Shown here in pieces: positions 49,737 through 62,170 of a stretch of 64,000 nt of DNA. Origin of the DNA: the human T2T-CHM13v2.0 reference genome, Homo sapiens; assembly GCF_009914755.1 (NCBI RefSeq), contig NC_060941.1; one strand, 5' to 3'. A model generated the notes under the pieces. The model was not told the DNA's origin. It made no database searches and saw only the letters and a program-made list of their open reading frames with translations. The position numbers and the translations under genes were made by a program. Each line of letters starts with the position of its first letter. The first letter of the stretch is position 1.

Positions 49737-50008
49737 GCTGAGAGGTGGCTGATGTCTGTAATCCCAGCACTTTGGGAAGCTGAGGTGGGAGCATCGCTTG
49801 AGCCCAGGAGCTTGAGACCAGCCTGGGCAACATAGGGAGATCCCATCTCTACCAAATAATAAGAATAATATTAATATAAAATATTAGCCGGGCGTGGTGG
49901 CGCTGTGGTCCTAGCTACCTGGGAGGCTGAGGCGGCAGGATTGCTTGAGCACAGGAGGTCGTGGCTTCAGTGAGCCGTGATTGTGACACTGCACTCCAGC
50001 CTGGGCAA
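49737..50008 (+). mobile_element. AluJ lacking a 3' tail
   Basis: Ends at duplicated CTGGGCAA; MIR-like fragments on both sides. Confidence 0.88.
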
Positions 50009-51459
50009 CTGGGCAACGGGGAAAGCCAAGTGGGCTCTATCTCAGTTTTTCCAGTCTGTAGAATAACAGGGTCGATAATTCAAACTATGGGGTTATTTAT
50101 TTGTGTCTGTATTCGCAGCAACCTTCCTTTCTTCCCCAGGCGGAATCTCAGGCAGATGCCTGGTATAGAATTCAAACAAAGCGGAGAGTTTCTGGTTGGA
50201 GTTGGGAGTGAGGTCCCCCTTTCCCTCTGGCATCTTCATCTCATCTCCTGAGAACCCCTAGGGAGGATTTCAGGGAACACAGTTTGGAAAGCTTTGAGAG
50301 CTAGGTATGGTGTGAGGTGCCTTTTGGCTCTGATATCTTTCTTTCCTTTTGTCTGCATCTGCTGGGTGATGCAGATGTATCTCTGTTCAGTGGGGGCTTT
50401 GCCAGCCTGGACATTTGCTACATCTTCTGGGCTCTGTGTGGGGCATTCTGTGATGCCCTGAGATCTGGGCTCCCTCTTCCGGGGTCTGGGTGCTGTTATC
50501 TGTGCTCCCCACTGAAAATTGGCCCTGGACAATTTTCATTCTTTGCCCATATCCTGGGGCTTGGGCTCGCCCTCTGTACTTTCTTTGTTGCTGGATCCAG
50601 TACACCGTAAGGTGATGTTACTCTCAAGTTTCCCCTCAACCCCATCTGTCTCCCAGACCCTCCTTTCTGGTCTGCTAAGAGTTCTAAGAATCCAGGGGCC
50701 AAGGGAATACTTTTTGTTTTAACACAGTTGCAGTGGTACAAGCGTGTCTGGTAGGCAAGGTGAGGAGGGCAAAGCTCTTGGGGCTAAACCTGCCTCAAGT
50801 TCAGGTGTCCTTCTCCCCCACCCCCGCTCCACCCTCTAACTAACAGCAAGGGAATCTTCCAGAGATCAAAGCATGTCGGTAACCCTCACTGAATTGGGCC
50901 ATGGCCTGGGAGTTCCCAGATCTCTTCTCCAACTCATCCAGCCTCCTTGGGAGCCTCCCCCGCCACCTATAAGGGGCTGGGAGTGTCAAGAGGGGCAGGA
51001 AATCAGAGGCTAAGTCAGGAGGCAGTGCCAAGAGGCGGCAGGAAGCCAGGCGGCCTCATGCCCAGCCCTAACCACCCCCCACCTCACTCCTCAGTGGTCT
51101 CTATGAGCCTCACTGCCCTGGGGGAAGGTATACCACCCTGAAGCTGAGTTTCCAGGAGGGGCAAGAGAATCTAGGCTTTAGCTACAGTAGAACTGCAGAG
51201 TAGATCTCAGAAAGGACTTCTCAACCTGCATATCCATCTCCCTTGAATACTAGTTCCTTGGGTATGCTTTACACAGCTTAAAGGTGTTACCACCTCCAAT
51301 ATAACAAGACTAGAAATTTGCAAATCACCCTTAGTGCTCCGCTCCCTTCACCATCCAACTGGCCACTGAGTCCCATCCTTTCTGCAGCATTAGTGGTTTG
51401 AAGGTACCCTCTTTGCTTTCCATTTCCATTGCTCCTGATTCAGTTGACACCTTTTCTAA

Positions 51460-51810
51460 CCAGCCCCTGAGACTATTGCAATAGTGGCTGGTTCCCCTGA
51501 CTCCCAGGAGCACACCCCCGTCCTCCCTTCCCTCCCCAGTCCCTCCTCCACACTGCACCAAGAGGGATGTCAGAACACAGGTTGGAGCATGCCACTCTTA
51601 TGCTCAAAAACCTTTGATGGCTCCCCATTGCCGGCAGGATAAAGTTCCAACATTGCCTGGCATTTACAGCCTGCCCTGATCTGGTGCCAACCTACCTTGC
51701 CAGCCTGGGTCCCCACTGTGTACTTTATCTCCTCAACTCCAGCCACATCCTATGGCTCGTCTTATCCCAGACCTGCTGTGCATTTTCATGGCCGACCACC
51801 TTGGCTCATA
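51460..51810 (+). mobile_element. L2 fragment
   Basis: CTCCACACTGCA..TGCTCAAAAACCTTTGATGGCTCCCCATTGCC..GGATAAAGT. Confidence 0.8.
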
Positions 51811-53105
51811 GACAAGCTTGTTCCTAGCACTTACAGTGTTGTGGGGGAGGAGGATTAATCACATAATCCCGTAAATAAATATATCCTAACAAACTCTAAG
51901 TTCAGCGTATCTTTAGGAACTCAAAGAGAGGTTATAATGGGGATGGGATTTAGACTGGGGACTCGGAGAAGGCCTCTAGGCATGGGAGGCACTGCAGTGT
52001 ATTGGATTCTTGTTACTTCGAATGCTTGGGGCGGGGCTTATTTCTTCAGAACGAACTTCCCATCTGTGCCCCCAGATTTCTTGGCATCTCTGACCTAGCT
52101 TGCATTTAATTCTGTTTTAAACTGGAGCCTGTCTCATGTGTTGCAGCCCCTAGACGGTGAGCGACCGAGAGAAGGGAGTGTTGCTCGTTCGTGCTTAGAA
52201 CACCATCATTCAGCACACAGTAGGTCTGGGGCACAGTAGGTCTTTAATAAGTGTGTTTTTATTTTTGAGGTGAAGGTATGCAAACTTCCACGCTGAATGA
52301 GCATGGAAATAGACCTGAAAGCAGGAAACATTCCCGAGAAATAGTGGGGCTTGGCACAGAAGCAAGGGATGGACAAGACAGCCTCCTAGTCATCCTCTTT
52401 CATGAAAGCTCTGTCCTCTCTCTAAGTGACTCTTATTTCATACCTCCCAAGATGCTTCAGAGAATCTTCCGAGTTCTGGCCTATGAACCAGCATTCCATT
52501 TGGCCCAGCCAGCCTCCCCTCAATGCTCCCCAACCCCAGGTGATCCATGTTTGCATAGAGAGGAGCTGTTCCAGACAGCAGGGGAGGGGCTTCTTTCCTG
52601 CTGGGAGATGGTGGTCCTGGTATCAGGAGCCCCCAACCACCCAGGACTGCTCCTCCACTGGACTGACTGTAGGTTTTGGGGAGGAAGGTGTCCTTCTTGC
52701 CCCCACTCCTACCCCCATACACTAAATGCCATGCAGTTCCTCCAGCTCCCTAGGAACAGAGCATAGAGGAAAGAAGGGGTTAGCCTGCCTGGCTTTGAGC
52801 AGACAAGGGAGGAGGAGGGAGATTTATTGGGGAGTGACCCTGCTTTAGAGGCCGCCTCCGCACACACACTCCCCGCCACCCCACTGCAGCCATTTCCAAG
52901 CAGACAGCAGCAGGCCATTTCCCAGGGTTTCCAATTCAATTCTCTTCCCCCGATACTTTCCCATCAGTGGAGAATTTTGGATCTGAGCAAGGGCTGGGGC
53001 GTGGCTGTTGAACCCATGAAGAAGCCAGACTAACCTATCAAATTGCAGCCCGGTCCCCTTGGGTCAGGTTCTTGGGGTAAGCTCTCCATTCAAGAATCTG
53101 ATGTG

Positions 53106-53430
<325 letters not shown>

Positions 53431-53989
53431 TCAATTCCTGCCACAGAGGGACACAGGAGCTGGCCTCTGGGAACCACTACTCAATCTGAGGGTGGAGACC
53501 CAGCCCCTGTTCTGAAGATGCTTCCAGACTCCCGAAGGACACAAGATGAAACCAGGACACAGACGCTCATCTCCTCTGTGCTGGTCAGTGGCTAAGATGC
53601 CCCAGCAGGCTTTCCAGATAGGGGCCACTCCCCTAGTTCAATGTTTTCCTCAGGGCAGCTGTGTCTGGTAGTCTCACTGCAGTCTCTCTTGCTGCAGAGG
53701 CCATGTGAGTGGTGGTACTCGCAGCACAGGTGGTATCCGGCAGGTAGGGAGCACGGGGGAGGAGGAATGTGCCCGGGGCCTGGGCAGGATGCCAGTGGAC
53801 AGTCCCAGCAGCCCCACCCCTACCCATGACCTACTCACCCCACCTTCTGCCAGCCATGGTCCTTGTCCCTATGCCAGGGGTCACAGCCAGTCATGGGTTC
53901 CGGGTAACCATTCCTGGGAAGAGACCCGGCCTCCAGACGTGAGGGACATCTTCTGGGGCATTAGTCATTGCCATAACTGCCATTTCACA

Positions 53990-54105
53990 CACACTGACCC
54001 TGGTCTATTTAGTCCTCACAGTTAAATATTGTATTACCCCCATTTTACAGGTAGGCAAACCAAGGCTCAGGGTGAAGAAGTCCCTGATACTGTGTACCTG
54101 GTGCA
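53990..54105 (-). mobile_element. MIR fragment
   Basis: TATTACCCCCATTTTACAGGTAGGCAAACCAAGGCTCAG. Confidence 0.7.
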
Positions 54106-56100
54106 GCCTGACCCGGAGCAGCAGTGGATGGGGCATTGTGGGGGTCAGAGCAGGGGGACTTGTGGATCTGCAGCTCCTGGGGTTGAGAGTCAAAGGGTCT
54201 TTCTCATCCCAGAAGGAATTTGTCCCCACCGTGAGAGGGGTTAGACACGGCTGGAAGTGGGGACAAAGCAGGAGCAGGCTCAGCACAGGAGTGCTTTAGC
54301 CAGCACCCTGCAGCATGCCAGGGACCCTGTGCAAGAACCACCTCCACCCGCCTCCTCCCTGCACCCTTCCAGAAGCTGAGGGAGCAGGTGGGGAGATGGT
54401 GACTCTCCAGAGCCCCTGATCTCAGCAGAGAGCCTGCTCCCTGCTACAGCGCCCCAGGTGTTCCACTGTCCAGGCGGCATCCCCAAGACCACCCCCCACC
54501 CTATATGTCTCAGAGTGATGCCTCCAGAATGAGAGCAAGGGCTCAGACCAGTGAACTGGGGGGAAGACTCCGGGCTCTACTCTCCAATCCCTCTGCTCCC
54601 TCCCCCTCCACCTCCCTCCCGCAAGCTTCCCTCCCAAACACTCAGTCATTCATTCCCCAGACCACCTACAAACCACCCATTTGCCCAGACCGCACAGCTC
54701 CTCTGCCCAGCGCAGCTCCCCAGGATAATGGCCGCCCCACCCCCACCCTTCCAGGATGCACCCCCAAGCCTAATTACCACCTTGGCACCTCCGGGGCAAG
54801 GGGGGCGCTGACCTCTGTTTATGCTTGGAAATCTCTTGGGCAGAGGAGGCCTGTTTTGCTCTGGACATCAAGGAGCAGGAGGAAATTAGAGACCCTCAAC
54901 GAAGCCCCCTGTGGTCCCTCCCACCCCACGGCCTTGTCTCTGGGCCCAGGCTAGTGGGGCAGGACAGAAAGGCAGGATGGTGGGGACCCCTGTTTGCTCC
55001 TCTCTCCTTCTGGGCACAGTGAGGGGATGGGAGAAGGAACAGGCCTGGACTCTGTCCTCCAGATGCAGGCTCGGGGAGGACTCCCCAGAAAGAGCACTGG
55101 ACTGGGAGTCAGAGACTGGGGTTTAATTCCGCTGACCCTGACTCCTTGGACTCCCCATCCCGTTGGGCCTCAATTTCCTAGGGTGTGAGAGAGAGCTGAT
55201 CTTCTTGGTTTCTAAGGGCTCTCCCAGCTTGGGGCCTTGAACCCCAAGGAGGTGACTGAGAGATGCTGCTCTCAATCCAGCCTCTCTGCACTGCAGAGAG
55301 ACCCCCTTCCCACCCCAGCAGAAAAGCAGGGGGAACCCAAGTGGATGGAGGAAGCTGCAGGAGGAGGACAGGTGGTCAGGACAGGGAGACAGAGCAGGGT
55401 GTGGCCTGACACCCATCAACACTGGGTGGGAGGGAGGATGGGCGCCATGACAGGCTAGGAGTGGTGGAAGTCGAGAAGCTCTGGGCTGGTAAGCTCCACT
55501 CCTCTGGCATCAGCAAGGTGGTAGAAGGGAGGCCCTCCCCTGAAGGGGCTTGTGATTCTGCAGGGACCCTCTGCCTTTCCAAGGCTATGCCCCCAGCCCC
55601 TGCAAAGTCTACCCTGACCAAAATCCTAGCAGCTGCTCCATGAGGGTAGGGACCAGTTTTTGTCAGGTGCCCAGTGTGGGCTTTGGCTTAGAGGAGGTGC
55701 CCAGAAAATCTGAAATGAATGAGTGCATATGGAGCAGCTTTGGGGAGATTGAGGAAAACCCAGATGTGTGAACCTTACCTGCAGCTGTGGGAATGGGGAG
55801 TGGGCAGGAGAGAGAGGACCATGGGGTGGGGTGTTGGTGGGTTCACCCTCACCAGGCAAGACTGAGCTGGCCTAGGCCCTGGAGGCCAGGGCCACCAGGG
55901 CTGGGCTGGGGCGGATGAGGTGGTCTCTGTGGGGTCCCTCTCAGGATCCCTCCTTCCCCCATAATTACCTCTGATTAGCTTCACCACAACAGCCAGGCTG
56001 GAAAGAGAGGGGTGTTTGGAACGTGGGGGAGGGGACAAGGTGGAGCAGAGCACTCACGACAAGCCACGGACCCCAGCAGAGCTCCCTCCCCACAGCTCAG

Positions 56101-56101
<1 letters not shown>

Positions 56102-56133
<32 letters not shown>

Positions 56134-56349
56134 GTGCGTGCAGGCGCACACAGGCACACACACATATGCACACAGGCGCACCACAGCCACACACTCAGGC
56201 TTGCACATACACAGGTGCACACATGCACACAGCCACACACACATAGGTGCACACACACAGGCACACCCGTGTGGGTGCACACACACACACACAGGTACAG
56301 GCACACACAGGCACACACACAGACACACTCGCACACACACACACACGCA
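56102..56349. repeat. (CA)n run followed by a degenerate CA-rich array
   Basis: Perfect AC run to ~56131, then interrupted CACA/TGCA/GGCA units. Confidence 0.92.
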
Positions 56350-57289
56350 CCCTGAGCTGGAAAATTGCAAAGGAGTCCATCTACACAGGCCCACAGTGGC
56401 AGTGATCAGGGCACCAGGTCCTTTAAACAACTCACCCAAGGGTATTAGTTCAAAATGCAACCTCTCACCCGCTGCAGTTCCTGGGAGGGAGGATGGCTAG
56501 GCGCAGCTTCTAGGCAGAGGGGAGCGGGGAACAGTGAACGGAACAAACACTTCAGTTGGGAAAGGGGCTGTGGCAGACATGTCTACTGGCACAACGCAAC
56601 GCCCACCCTGGAGCCCCCTTGCTGGCAGCTCAGACAGTTCCTGGTGTCCAGCCGCTGACTCTGCTGTGTCCCTGCAGAGCTGAGGGATCTGCAGACAGCT
56701 TTGCCCTTGTCCACCGGCGTCCTGCCCTCACCCACCCGCTCCTTGAGACAATCCAGCCTAGGGCCTTCCCTGGGAGCCAAGAAGCTGGGGCCCCTTCTTT
56801 CTAACCTGCCAATGGAACCCTCGCGTTCCCCCAGACTCATATTCCAGGAAGGGCTCCTGAGGTGAGGAGACCCAGCAAGGGGGAAAGTGTCCCCTCCTTT
56901 CTCGACTGTTCTGGGGAAGAGAGCTGTGAGCCAGGCAGGCACTGGTAGAGTGAGGGAAGAACAGTGACTTCTTCCTCTCCAGCCTTACCTTAGAGAAACT
57001 ATTATGTAATCAATAGCAGTATTCCTTGAATTTTTTTTTTTAAAGCTTGCTCTAGGTCTGAGCACCAGGCTGCCACGCTTACAGACGTCATTTCACTCGT
57101 TCTCTTTTAGGGAGACCCGAACCCTGCCCTCAGGGAGCTCCCCAGCACTGCCCGAGTTCGTACCTCCCCTCACAACCCCTGCCCTCAGGGAGCCTGTAGT
57201 CTGATGGGAAAGACTTGATGCACAAATAGAATGGACAACCCCGCCCTGGCCTCCTCCCCACGTCCCTGTTCTCCAAAAGGGAGCTGGGC

Positions 57290-57870
57290 TTTCGGAGGTG
57301 AGAGGAACCGCGAGGCAGCAGCGGTGTGGGGAAGGCACTCAGCTTTCCTGGAGGAGCGGCTCCCGGTGGCGGCGGGCTGCCTGGAGGAGGAGGCAGGGCC
57401 AGGCTGGGCGCTGAGGAGGCCGCCCCGGTGGCGCTCCCACGACCCGGGCAAGGCAGTCTGGGCGCCGTCTCCGGTCTCGGGGCCTGCGGTCGGGGCACCG
57501 CGGTGCCGCGTTTGAGCCGGTCAGCTCCCTGCGGAAATTACAGGGGCGCTCGGCGCTGCGGTCGCGCCCCCCGGGGCAGCGCCCGCTGGTTGGAGGCGTT
57601 TAAATTGAAAGCAGCTTTGGGGAGAGGGGGCGGACGCGGGCCGCCGAGCAAGGGGAGGGGGCGGCCCGGCACAGCGACCCCATTGTCTGTGCCCGCCGAG
57701 GGGTGGAACCTTGCGGTGAGCTCGGCGCGGCGCCCCCTCCCCGAGCTCCGGCCCAGCGGCGCTCTCAGCTGGTTCCCACGCTGCGCAGCGCTGGCCACGA
57801 CCCCTCGTCCCTTCTCCACCTGGGTCTGCCTCTTGGCTCGCTGACTGCAAGCCTGGCAGCGCGCACGCGC
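57290..57870. promoter_or_regulatory. CpG island 4 (densest), promoter/enhancer-like
   Basis: High CpG density; GC boxes at ~57626 and ~57657; TTTAAATT at 57599; CATTGT at 57681; donor-like GCG|GTGAGC at 57713-57721. Confidence 0.8.
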
Positions 57871-57876
57871 ACACTT

Positions 57877-57890
57877 CCTCCAGGTGGCCC
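57877..57890 (+). promoter_or_regulatory. Candidate CTCF site
   Basis: CCTCCAGGTGGCCC at the island edge. Confidence 0.4.
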
Positions 57891-57934
57891 TCCCAGACTA
57901 AGCCTGATATCAAGTCGGGCATCACTGAGTCATG

Positions 57935-58105
57935 GAAGGTCAGGAAAACCCGGGTTGACTCTGCTACTAGGCTTGGTCACCTTCGGCAAATCTCCTTCCC
58001 TCTCTGGGCTCCAGTGTCCTCTATAAAAATGCCTACCTCTTTCAGTCATTTTTAAAGATGATTTGAGCCACTGTATGGGAAAGTGTTTTGAAAACTGAAA
58101 TGCTG
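57935..58105 (+). mobile_element. MIR (old subfamily)
   Basis: GTCACCTTCGGCAAATC..CCCTCTCTGGGCTCCAGTGTCCTCTATAAAAATG. Confidence 0.7.
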
Positions 58106-58875
58106 CAGGTAGCTGAGCAATACAAGACGAGAATAAGCCCCTCCTTCTACTCTTCACTGTGCGGGCCCTTTTATACACAGGTGTGCTGGTGCTAGAACCA
58201 TAGCGCTAGTGGTGGGTTGGAGGAGAAGAAAAGCAGCCAACAGAGTGGAGGCTAGAAACCACGGTGGACTTCCCGGAGAAGGGAAATGTGGAGCAGGGCG
58301 GGAAGGAGCAAAACGGGGCAATTTTTGGAGACAGGAGAGAGATGTCTCCTCTTGGGAGAAGCTCAGCAAAGGCCGGAGAAGTGGCTTGGGGAGAGTGGCT
58401 GTTTGCCCAGTTGCTGGGTGGCATGTCTCCTGGGAAGGCAGATTGGTGGCAGCTCCTGGTGCAGTCTCTGGGTGATGGGTGGGGCCTATGCCTGTCACCC
58501 CTGGGGAGTGTGGGGCGCTCCCTTTGGCCTGTTTCTGGTTCTTTTTCCAAAGGCTTTGAGTACCTAGAGGCTGGTCTCTGGGCTTCGGGCACCAGGTGCA
58601 GGGATCTTGGTTTTATTGTTCCCTTTGCTTCCATCAGCAGGAGCAGGCTGTTTACCAGGCCTGGTGCCCAGGGACGGGCCATGTGCTCCATACCTGGCAG
58701 AGCTACATGTTTCTGCCCTACTTCCTGGGGGCCCCTAATGGGCAGCCAGGTATGGGGGGCAAAGGCTATAGTACCAAGTCCCTATGAAGGGAGCCTGAGA
58801 CATACACACTTGGTGGCAACAAGGAGAGCTGAGCCCGGCAGGAGGGAAGTGGCCTCTGTAAGGGTTCCCAGACGA

Positions 58876-58985
58876 GGGGACTGAGGAGCAGCCTGGAGAG
58901 GAGGGAAGAAGAGGGGTGAGGAAGAGGAGGGAGGGAAGGCAGAGGGGCAGGGCGGGAGTTTCCGCTAGAGGCATGAGGGCTGTCA
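58876..58985. repeat. Arm A of an inverted duplication of unique sequence
   Basis: Reverse complement aligns to 59810-59924. Confidence 0.92.
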
Positions 58986-59809
58986 GAGTTCCTTCCCAGC
59001 CCCCTTCCCATCTCTTAACACTGCACCCTGCCCCCACCATCCCACCCTCAACTCCTCCTCCAGAGCCCAAAGCTTCTCAAAGGCCTGTAACAGAGAGTGC
59101 TTGGATCTGGCAGCTGGGATGAAATCTACAAGCCGGCTTTGGAGATTCAGAGTTGGGGTAAATTAGATTGGGGGTGGGCTCAGAGGCTCTGCCTGTCCTT
59201 TGCACCTCCTTTCCTGGTCCAGGCAGCTGATGAACCCACCCACCCAGGATAGCTCCCTCACCCCCTGGCATGTCCTATGCTAGTGCCAGCTGGGCACAGG
59301 GCAAGGAGGCTGTGGGAAAATAACTCGAGAGCCTGGCGAGGACAGGTGACTGCCCAGAGTGAACTGACTGGTTAGGGCTGGGCCTCCCCTGTCCAGAGAG
59401 CTGGCCGGGCTCAAGGAGCCTTCCTGATCCCTAGGCATGGGACTCACGGGACATGACTTCTCCCAGGGGACAGGGGCCCAGGTTTCCCTTGGGTGTGGGG
59501 AACGCAGGATGGAAGAGTCCTGGGGAGAAAGTCCTCCTGTAGATCACCTCCTTGCCTTTGGAAGATCTCAAAGCGTTTAGCCTGACCAACGCCTTCCTTG
59601 GCCTTCTGCCTGGGAACCTGGTGGTGGGGTAACTCACCACTTTTCCTGGTGATGGGGGAGAGCAAGCTGACAGCCCAGAGGCCTCGTACACATCACACTC
59701 CTAGTTAGCAACCAAATACTAACAGGATTCCATTCCCGATGCAGGCCAACGGCTACGCCAGCTCTCTGAAGGTGTTTCTCCTGCTGCAGTTGTTCCCTGA
59801 ACTCCCTGT

Positions 59810-59924
59810 TGACAGTCACCCCCCATTTCCTAGTGGAAAACCCTGGCCCTGTCCCTCTCCTTCCCTCCCTCCTCTTCCTCGACGCCCTCTTCTTCCCTGC
59901 TCTCCAGGCTGCTCCTCAGTCCCC
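59810..59924. repeat. Arm B of the inverted duplication
   Basis: 59846-59924 matches revcomp(58876-58953) at 75/80 columns. Confidence 0.92.
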
Positions 59925-60967
59925 ACCTTCTCAGAGCCCAGAAAGCCTTCCACACATGCCATGCACACCTCTCAGACCATGAAAGAGGCTTTCCCAAGCT
60001 TGCCTCGTGCCAGAAGCCCGCCAGGTTGAGCAGGGATGGGGAAGCAGGGAGCCAGACCCACGCAATCCTTGGCCTCCAGCCCCCTGAGTGTGCCAGGCCT
60101 GAAAGAGGCAGAGACCTATCTTCTTGCCTACCTTGCCCGGCCTTAGGGTCTTGGAGGTCAGGGCTTTGGGCAGAAGGGAGAGGGCACTGAGGCTGAGGCT
60201 TCTACAGGCCCCAGGCCCCAGGCCCCAGCTGACGGGCTTCACATGGGCTGAAGGTGACTCTACTGGTTCACATCTGCTTGGGGCCGGGGAGAAGAACTCT
60301 AGGAGTAGGGGGTTGGGGTCTAGCTAGACTGGGACAGGAAGAGGCTTACGTACCCACCTGGGTCATCTGTCATCAAAATGCCCCCAGGTAGGTGCCATGA
60401 GTGGCAACAGTCACAGAAGTGTCCTTGCTCTCAGAAACTCAGGACTGATGCTTCCAGAAAGAGCAGGCTGGAGGAGGGAGCCAGGTGAGAAAGTGAATTG
60501 ACCCACATGACTTCCGAGGCTCCCGCAGCTAAGACTCTGCAGTCCTGTGATCCCAAGAACCTGAGCACCTAAGATATGGTCCCTAGATGCTGGGATTGTA
60601 GCAATCGTCATCATAATGATAGCATCAGGCACTGTCACAAAACTTCACATGCCCATCTCACCGCTCCACAGTGAGCGAACTGAGGCACAGAGAGGTTCAG
60701 TTAGCTTGTCCCGAGAGCCACGGAATGGGGAGCCCAAACTGGGTCTGCCTGACTTCAGAATCTGCTCACGTGGCTTCTCTGCAGCCTTTTTGTCCCTAAA
60801 CCCTGCTCTCCGTAGGGTCTGTGATTCAGCATACCACTAAGTCCAACACTAAGTCATGACTCAACATCTTTGGTGGGAAACAGCAGGTGGGAGGGGTGGA
60901 TCCTGGCAGGGAGGCTATGGAGACAACTATCTCCCATCCTCCTCTTCTGGGTGCTGGAAAGCTTCCT

Positions 60968-61051
60968 GGAGGAGGAGGAAGAGGAGGAGGAGGAGGAGGA
61001 GGAAGAGGAGGAGGAGGAGGAAGAGGAGGAGGAGGAGGAAGAGGAGGAAGA
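60968..61051. repeat. (GGA)n triplet repeat with periodic GAA interruptions
   Basis: 84-bp pure purine tract. Confidence 0.95.
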
Positions 61052-61964
61052 TGGGCAAGAGAGGGCAGAGGAGAAAGAGGAAAGGAAGAGAGTATTTCAA
61101 GATGGCTAGTAGGGGTGGCCATTCCAGGGCATTACCTGGGGCACTTGGAGGAAGATGACGTTGTTTGAGGCTAGACGATTGGAGGGACCCAGTGGGGGCA
61201 AGGTGGGAGGACAGGAGTCTGGTTTGGGTGCATTCCCTTCTCCACCAGCCCATGGGCCCAGTGTCTAAGGACTTAGAGCCCAGAGGGCAAAGAGGGCTCA
61301 GGCCATGGCCCTCTGAGAAAGCCTCCTATGCCTCACCCCTCCTCCAGCTGCTCAGCCCTCTGTTGCTCCAGGCGGGAGGCCACTTTCAGCCACTCTCAGA
61401 CAAAATCCCTGGGGGAAGGCCCCCCCGGCTGCTCTCTCCCAGGACTGATTACAAGCAAACAGCTGGAGGCAAACATCTGCTCCTCTCCCAGGGGAGGACT
61501 GTCCTTGTTCCCTCAAAGGTATGGAGCCTGCGGCCATCTTCCCTCCCCATTAAGGAGACAGCTGTCTTTGCGGGCATCCAGGAGACTGGACAGAGAGAAG
61601 ACAAAAAATAAACATCACTGAGTGCCAGCCTTCAGGCAAGTGGAACAGCCTCATTTTGCCAAGGGGAAAACTGTGACACAGGCAGGGGAAGTCCCACAGA
61701 GGGTCGATCTGGCTTCAACTCTGGCTCTGTTCTGGTTGTAAGGTGCTAGGGGTCTGTGCCCAGTGGATGCACTCTGCTTCTCCCCCCTACAGCTCCCACC
61801 CATGGGTTTGGCCACAGATGAGTTCAGAATTCCATGAAGGCATGGGTTCCTCCTGGGGACAAGGGTACATAGCAAGGCTGCGGGTGCCTCTCAGCAGCCC
61901 CAGGGAGGCCCGCTCCCCACTTCTTGTTGATGCTACAGCTTTTCTGCCAGCTGGGTTGTAGTTA

Positions 61965-62170
61965 CTGTTGACCTTTACTGAGGGCCTTCTAGGTATCAGG
62001 CACTGGGCTAAGCATCTTAACAGATGCCATGTTTAATCCTCTCCACAGCCCTAGGAGATAGGTTCAGTAACTCTCACCATTTTACCGATGACAGAACTAA
62101 GGCTCAGAAATGTGAAATAATGTGCCCAAGATTACCCAGCTGTACGCAGTGGAGGTGAGATTGGCATCCA
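61965..62170 (-). mobile_element. MIR
   Basis: CAGGCACTGGGCTAAGCA..TTTAATCCTC..CATTTTACCGATGA..CTAAGGCTCAGA. Confidence 0.82.

Noticed and set aside
55981-56500. Cys/Val- and His/Thr-rich ORFs
   Set aside because: Artefacts of the (CA)n array; the same applies at 12.7, 28.6, 30.1 and 39.9 kb.
59061-59078. Short direct similarity CAGAGCCCA..AAGC.TTC to 59932-59950 near the inverted repeat
   Set aside because: Too short and gapped to distinguish from chance by eye.
60870-61109. Poly-Glu ORF, and poly-Pro/Arg ORFs in other frames
   Set aside because: Translation of a simple purine repeat; no exon context.
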